From the NCBI GenBank assembly GCA_043818055.1, contig JBDRGF010000081.1:1-21692 (forward strand): a DNA stretch of 21,692 nt, written 5' to 3'. The notes beneath the pieces were generated by a model, which ran no database searches, was not told the DNA's origin, and worked only from the letters and a program-made list of their open reading frames with translations. Within the stretch, counting starts at the first letter, position 1, and the number at the start of each line of letters is the position of its first letter. Of this stretch, positions 17,216 through 21,692 are shown one piece after another. Source of the DNA: Pseudomonadota bacterium (lineage in GTDB: Bacteria; UBA10199; 2-02-FULL-44-16; JBDRGF01). The translations under genes were made by a program, and so were the position numbers.

Positions 17216-18049
17216 TCAGATTACTATGTTATTAGAGGGAAAGGAAAATGCCAGGCGACCCATGATTGATCTTAATCCCGCATCGCTAGCCTTAAGAAGT
17301 CGTATGCATCTTAGACCAAAGTCATCAACTTTAGCATCATCTTGTGTCGTAGGAATCCCCCTACTATTGCCATCAAGCGTAACAGATTCCCCTTCAGCTC
17401 GAATCCAACCCGCACCTAAAACTTCTATTCGTTTTTCAATAATTCCCTCACACAAAAGATTCATATGCTCAACAACTATTAACGGTAATGACCATCGATA
17501 GGAAATATGAATGCGTGTACTTTGATCAGACAAAATGCGTAAAACTGCAAATTTCTCCAATTGCCGTTCACCATCCACAACCGACCATCTCAGTTGATCA
17601 AGATTTTCAAGTGGCCCAACACCCTCTTTCCCCTCATATTGGTAGACATCGACCCCATTATTCACAATATCAGCACTCACAAGATCGGCAAGAGAGGCAA
17701 CTAACACTGAATCCGATTCTTCCTGTCTGACTTCAGACGCATTATTAAGATTCACAGCAACATCTCGCAACTCAGGCGTTAACTCTATATCAACAGATCT
17801 TGTCAACAGGTGACCAAGTAAACGACAGTCAGAAGCCCTATCTCCACCGACATGCCCCCCTATAATTCCTAAATCAGTTTCAGCTCTTTGGGAAAAACTA
17901 TCAAGAGTTCTAAAGAGGCCATCCCCCTCTTGCAAAAAAGTGTGGAGCGCCCGGGGTGTAGATACAGAGGGTTCGACACCTATTGTCTGCATGACCCTCA
18001 TGATGTTAGATGTGTCTGTCTGTGCCAATCGACTAATAGCTTGTTTCAT
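17216..18049 (-). CDS. Orphan protein, 277 aa, possible C-terminal Janus/Ocnus (PHP14)-like domain
   Basis: AAGGAG RBS and shared promoter motif support expression; domain call is tentative (K..H..LGAGWI..G-x-S pattern). Confidence 0.65.
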   Translation of the reverse strand: MKQAISRLAQTDTSNIMRVMQTIGVEPSVSTPRALHTFLQEGDGLFRTLDSFSQRAETDLGIIGGHVGGDRASDCRLLGHLLTRSVDIELTPELRDVAVNLNNASEVRQEESDSVLVASLADLVSADIVNNGVDVYQYEGKEGVGPLENLDQLRWSVVDGERQLEKFAVLRILSDQSTRIHISYRWSLPLIVVEHMNLLCEGIIEKRIEVLGAGWIRAEGESVTLDGNSRGIPTTQDDAKVDDFGLRCIRLLKASDAGLRSIMGRLAFSFPSNNIVI

Positions 18050-18078
18050 ATCTCATTGATCTCCTTCCCTGTTGTTAC

Positions 18079-18104
18079 TATCGGCAGATCCTCAAAAAAG
18101 TTGC
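18079..18104 (-). promoter_or_regulatory. Putative alternative-sigma (sigma-28-like) promoter, site 2
   Basis: Minus strand GCAACT-N13-GCCGATA(G), 29 nt upstream of ATG 18049. Confidence 0.7.
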
Positions 18105-18148
18105 CTGGCAAAAAGGCTTCCGGATCCCCAATGATGATTCGAAAATTC

Positions 18149-20788
18149 CTATTCGGCTGCATCAAATTTAGTTACTAATTTTTCCAGAAGTTTGACCAGC
18201 CTTCGTAGAAAAACAGTATCTACATAACGATGTTTCACTGCAAGACCGAGCGGCATTTTGCCCTTCCCATATCCATTTACAGGTTTAACATGCCAATGAT
18301 TTGTTCCGCGTTCGACTGAAAGCCCTATTTTGTTCAACTGGGATGTTATTGTTTCGATAGTCATGTCCAGAAGCGCTGCCCCCCTCTCATCTGTTAATTC
18401 ATCTATAATTCCCCTGACAGCATCTCTGTGTTTTTCATTCATAATATAAAACTCAAATCTTAACAGTCCAAAATCTGAACTCACAGCATCGGGTGAAAAA
18501 ATATCAGCTTCAGATGGGGCACTTTCTTTTTTTCGACGTTTTTTAATATCTACAGGTAGCTGTGAACTTTCGCTGTCCCTTTGTGGATTTTCTCCAGTTT
18601 TTTTTCTTAACCGGTTTTGCGCTGCATTCACCAATACAGGATTATAGCCAAGTTCATCAGCCCATCCATACAACCTCAATGCCCCCGCTACATCCCCCTT
18701 CTCCTCAAATATTCTCCCAAGAGAAAAGGCACTATGCTCAGCACCATCCCCACCAAAAGAAAAGCTTAGCATATAGTATAATCCTGCAAGCTCTTTATTT
18801 CCATTATCCTGATGGGAATCCGCAACAAGCCCTGCAAGATTTGAATTATGAGGATCCAACTTCAGGGCTCTTTCATATCGTTCCACAGCAATATCGAATC
18901 GCTTCTGACGATAGTTGATATCTCCGAGCCCCTTCCAGTAATCGGGTTCATCTCCATAATTGTTCAGCAGCTCTCCGAACAACGCCTGAGACTCCGTGAA
19001 TTTACCCAGCTCTAAAAGTGAGCGCGCCTTCCACAACTGCAAATCGGCACAAACATCTGCAGCCCTTTCCGTAATATCAACTATTTTGGAAAATCGTCCC
19101 GCCTCAAAGAGATGGTAGATAAGGTGATGCAGAAGATTATGATCCCTTTCGACCAATCTGAGAACATCCCCGGATATTTTTCCTTCGGTCTCAAATATTT
19201 CACGCGCAGCTAATATAGAGAGCTCTCCCCGATAATCATCCCTTCCCGGTTCAAGTTCGTCGGCCTTGCTCATTGCAGAGATAGCTTCCATGAACCTGCC
19301 TTTTTCTTTGAGATAGTTCGAATAATTTGCAAATACAAGATGGTGAGATTTAGGATTGAGGCTATCGATCAGTTCCATGCCCCGAACCATACATCTTTTC
19401 TGTTCCAGACAATCGCCTTCTTCAATAGCAATTCCCAAAAGCTCACCTATAGTCAGTACCCCTTCGATCTCAGGTGAAACTCCCATTTTTATACTCGTAT
19501 CAAATTTACGTCTTGCCCCCCTCCTGTCATTTTGACTCAGCAATATTCTTCCATGAAGCAGATAAGAATAAGCGAGAGCACGAATATCCGGCGCATATGC
19601 TAAATATTCTGAATTGGAAGCAATAGCGGCTATATCTTTTGAATTTTCCACCCATTTAAGCATCCTTAGAACGAGTTCAATATGTTCATCATGCTTATTT
19701 GCATCTATAAGTGTCTGAATCGATCGCACAATGATATCAATAAAAGCAAAATACGAAATGATCGCAGTGGGTATATTTTTTTTAGCATCATTCCTGAGAT
19801 TATCAATTCCACCTGAAATCGCTTTCAAAACCTGAATCATGGCATTTGGATCCGTTGAATTTAGCTGTTCATAACTCATATCTTTTATCTGCAATGCAAG
19901 CTGAGCAACATCATCGTTGTACGGGTCCAGATAAGGTTTCATTGAATGCAGATTGCATCTGAGTTGTATGTCTATTCTTTCAGAAGGATCATCCCTCAAA
20001 AGATGCGTTTCCTGGCTTTCTACGCCTTCAGAATAAACAGGATCTTCATGCATCTTCAAAATTTTACATTTATCTAACATCTCAATAGCCCATTTTTTTC
20101 TCTCCTCTTTTTTATCCTCCAAAGAATCCCATGCATGAACGCCTAGAAATATCGCCATCGAAAAAAAATCCTTCGCTTCTTTTTCCTCCTCAAAAAGCTC
20201 TTCGTGGATAAGCATTTTCATATCACTCATGTGCGGTGGAAAATGACCGACTTTCTGCAACTGCTTCATGCGCCCAATCACCTCATCAACAACTTCTGAT
20301 GCTTTTACAAAAGCATCATACGCCTTCTCAATGCTTTTCAAATCATCCACCTTGTACAATTTAAATAAGGAGACACAATATTTTCTCCATGACTGAAATG
20401 AATTTGCCAATCCCGGCCAATTCCCCATACTATTCATAGACCATAAGTCGAATTTTTTCTCATACAAATTCACAACAACCTGCCAATCGCCTTTGATATA
20501 TGCCCTATAAATTTTATTTAGAATGTTTCTTGTATTAACAGGCTTCTTTCCCTTCATTCCAACCATTAAAGTCGGTGAAGAGAAAAGGGAGTTAGTAAGA
20601 AGTCCAAATGTTCCCATCATCGCTAATTGTTCCATCCCTGCATACCCCAGATTCGCATTGAGCTCACCCACGGAAACGATTGTCTGAGTGCAAAATTTGC
20701 CAGCGGTATTAATCAAGGATTCACGCGCAACATTTGCAACATTCGACAAGTAAGATGTGGGATTTGCCATCTTTGAAAAAAGATTCAT
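18149..20788 (-). CDS. Large tetratricopeptide-repeat protein, 879 aa, with possible C-terminal HicA-like domain
   Basis: TPR units such as YWKGLGDINYRQKRFDIAVERYERALKLDPHN and FANYSNYLKEKGRFMEAISAMSKADELEP; GAGGAG RBS. Confidence 0.8.
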   Translation of the reverse strand: MNLFSKMANPTSYLSNVANVARESLINTAGKFCTQTIVSVGELNANLGYAGMEQLAMMGTFGLLTNSLFSSPTLMVGMKGKKPVNTRNILNKIYRAYIKGDWQVVVNLYEKKFDLWSMNSMGNWPGLANSFQSWRKYCVSLFKLYKVDDLKSIEKAYDAFVKASEVVDEVIGRMKQLQKVGHFPPHMSDMKMLIHEELFEEEKEAKDFFSMAIFLGVHAWDSLEDKKEERKKWAIEMLDKCKILKMHEDPVYSEGVESQETHLLRDDPSERIDIQLRCNLHSMKPYLDPYNDDVAQLALQIKDMSYEQLNSTDPNAMIQVLKAISGGIDNLRNDAKKNIPTAIISYFAFIDIIVRSIQTLIDANKHDEHIELVLRMLKWVENSKDIAAIASNSEYLAYAPDIRALAYSYLLHGRILLSQNDRRGARRKFDTSIKMGVSPEIEGVLTIGELLGIAIEEGDCLEQKRCMVRGMELIDSLNPKSHHLVFANYSNYLKEKGRFMEAISAMSKADELEPGRDDYRGELSILAAREIFETEGKISGDVLRLVERDHNLLHHLIYHLFEAGRFSKIVDITERAADVCADLQLWKARSLLELGKFTESQALFGELLNNYGDEPDYWKGLGDINYRQKRFDIAVERYERALKLDPHNSNLAGLVADSHQDNGNKELAGLYYMLSFSFGGDGAEHSAFSLGRIFEEKGDVAGALRLYGWADELGYNPVLVNAAQNRLRKKTGENPQRDSESSQLPVDIKKRRKKESAPSEADIFSPDAVSSDFGLLRFEFYIMNEKHRDAVRGIIDELTDERGAALLDMTIETITSQLNKIGLSVERGTNHWHVKPVNGYGKGKMPLGLAVKHRYVDTVFLRRLVKLLEKLVTKFDAAE

Positions 20789-20824
20789 TTTCTTATCTCC
20801 TCAAGTTAATTTTCTTTGTCTGAT

Positions 20825-20850
20825 TATCGTCTGATATCGATTTTAGTTGC
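20825..20850 (-). promoter_or_regulatory. Putative alternative-sigma (sigma-28-like) promoter, site 3
   Basis: Minus strand GCAACT-N13-GACGATA(A), 36 nt upstream of ATG 20788. Confidence 0.65.
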
Positions 20851-20880
20851 TAGATATTTTATATATACATCTCATTCATA

Positions 20881-20909
20881 TTGCTGTCTTTTCGAATTTT
20901 CAATATACT
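20881..20909 (+). promoter_or_regulatory. Putative sigma-70 promoter of the serine hydrolase, possibly leaderless
   Basis: TTGCTG-N17-TATACT-N7-ATG; no Shine-Dalgarno. Confidence 0.6.
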
Positions 20910-20916
20910 CCCCTTT

Positions 20917-21692
20917 ATGCAGATAATAAAAAAACTGTTCCTTTCGGTTCTTTTAGTTTCGACGCTCTTCTCCTCCTGCGGCGGAACGTTCATCCCCGTT
21001 ACCGGCACATATGTCAATCAACTCAACTTTCTCGACTACATGATGAAATCGACCCTCACACAGTACGACATTCCGGGAGGGTCTATCGCTGTCGTGAAAA
21101 ATGGCAAGCTGGTTTACGCGAGAGGCTTTGGTTATGCCGATCGTGACAATCACGTGCCTGTCCAGCCCAGCGATGTGTTCAGAATCGCAAGCGTGACAAA
21201 GACGATTACCGGCATGGCTGCGACCAAGCTAATACAGGATGGGACGCTCAATCTCGACGACACCGTATTTGGACCCAATGGCATTCTGAATGACGCCATC
21301 TATCTGCAGATCAACGACCAGCGTGTTTATGATATCAAGGTCAAGCATCTCCTCTCGCACACGAGCGGCTGGTACGGCGAGACGGGGGATGATCCCCAGT
21401 ACGACTTCGTGGATATCGCAGTCGCGCTTGGCGTAGCTCCGCCGGCCAGCAATGTGAACGTGATAGAGTATGTCTTGTCGCAGGGGGAGCTGCAATTTGC
21501 GCCCGGCACCCAATATCTCTACTCCAACGTCGGCTACAACATGCTGGGCAGGATAATAGAAAAGGTCTCCGGTATGACCTATGAGGAATATGTCAGATCG
21601 ATACTCGCTGATCCGCTGATTGGCGTCAGTGACATGTATATCGCGGGGAATTTCGCTGCTGACAGACGCTCAAACGAGGTTTACTACTATGA
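20917..21692 (+). CDS. Beta-lactamase-family (AmpC/penicillin-binding-like) serine hydrolase lipoprotein, 3' end beyond window
   Basis: Manual translation: MQIIKKLFLSVLLVSTLFSS-CGG lipoprotein signal, IPGGSIAVVKNGKLVYARGFGYAD, SxxK (FRIASVTK), LLSHTSG, PGTQYLYSN (YxN), IIEKVSG. Not in the ORF track because no stop codon lies in the window. Confidence 0.9.
   Translation, partial: MQIIKKLFLSVLLVSTLFSSCGGTFIPVTGTYVNQLNFLDYMMKSTLTQYDIPGGSIAVVKNGKLVYARGFGYADRDNHVPVQPSDVFRIASVTKTITGMAATKLIQDGTLNLDDTVFGPNGILNDAIYLQINDQRVYDIKVKHLLSHTSGWYGETGDDPQYDFVDIAVALGVAPPASNVNVIEYVLSQGELQFAPGTQYLYSNVGYNMLGRIIEKVSGMTYEEYVRSILADPLIGVSDMYIAGNFAADRRSNEVYYY

Noticed and set aside
20847..21513. Four short ORFs listed at the right end
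   Set aside because: Shadows of the real + strand serine hydrolase starting at 20917

Overview
Bacterial chromosomal window, probably from an uncultured Deltaproteobacteria/Myxococcota-like lineage (inferred from gene content such as a VegA-like small Cys/His protein and from the repeat types). Recognisable genes: AmmeMemoRadiSam radical SAM enzyme, nadA, ligA, fused M16 zinc peptidase, HhH-GPD/endonuclease III-like protein, REC+HD-GYP response regulator, RhaT-like sugar transporter, putative outer-membrane beta-barrel, eukaryote-type hexokinase, alpha/beta hydrolase, and a beta-lactamase-family lipoprotein missing from the ORF track and cut by the window end. These are interspersed with orphan ORFs. 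Two patterns stand out. (1) Three orphan genes (Q-rich coiled coil; possible Janus/Ocnus-like domain; TPR protein with a HicA-like C-terminus) each carry the same upstream motif GCAACT-N13/14-GMCGATA, which has sigma-28-type geometry and suggests a co-regulated set of putative effectors. (2) A ~96-bp non-coding element with internal symmetry occurs twice, 9 kb apart. Many intergenic gaps also hold REP-like palindromes of different families, two of them nested. No CRISPR array, tRNA, rRNA or transposase was seen. All family calls come from motif recognition, not database searches.
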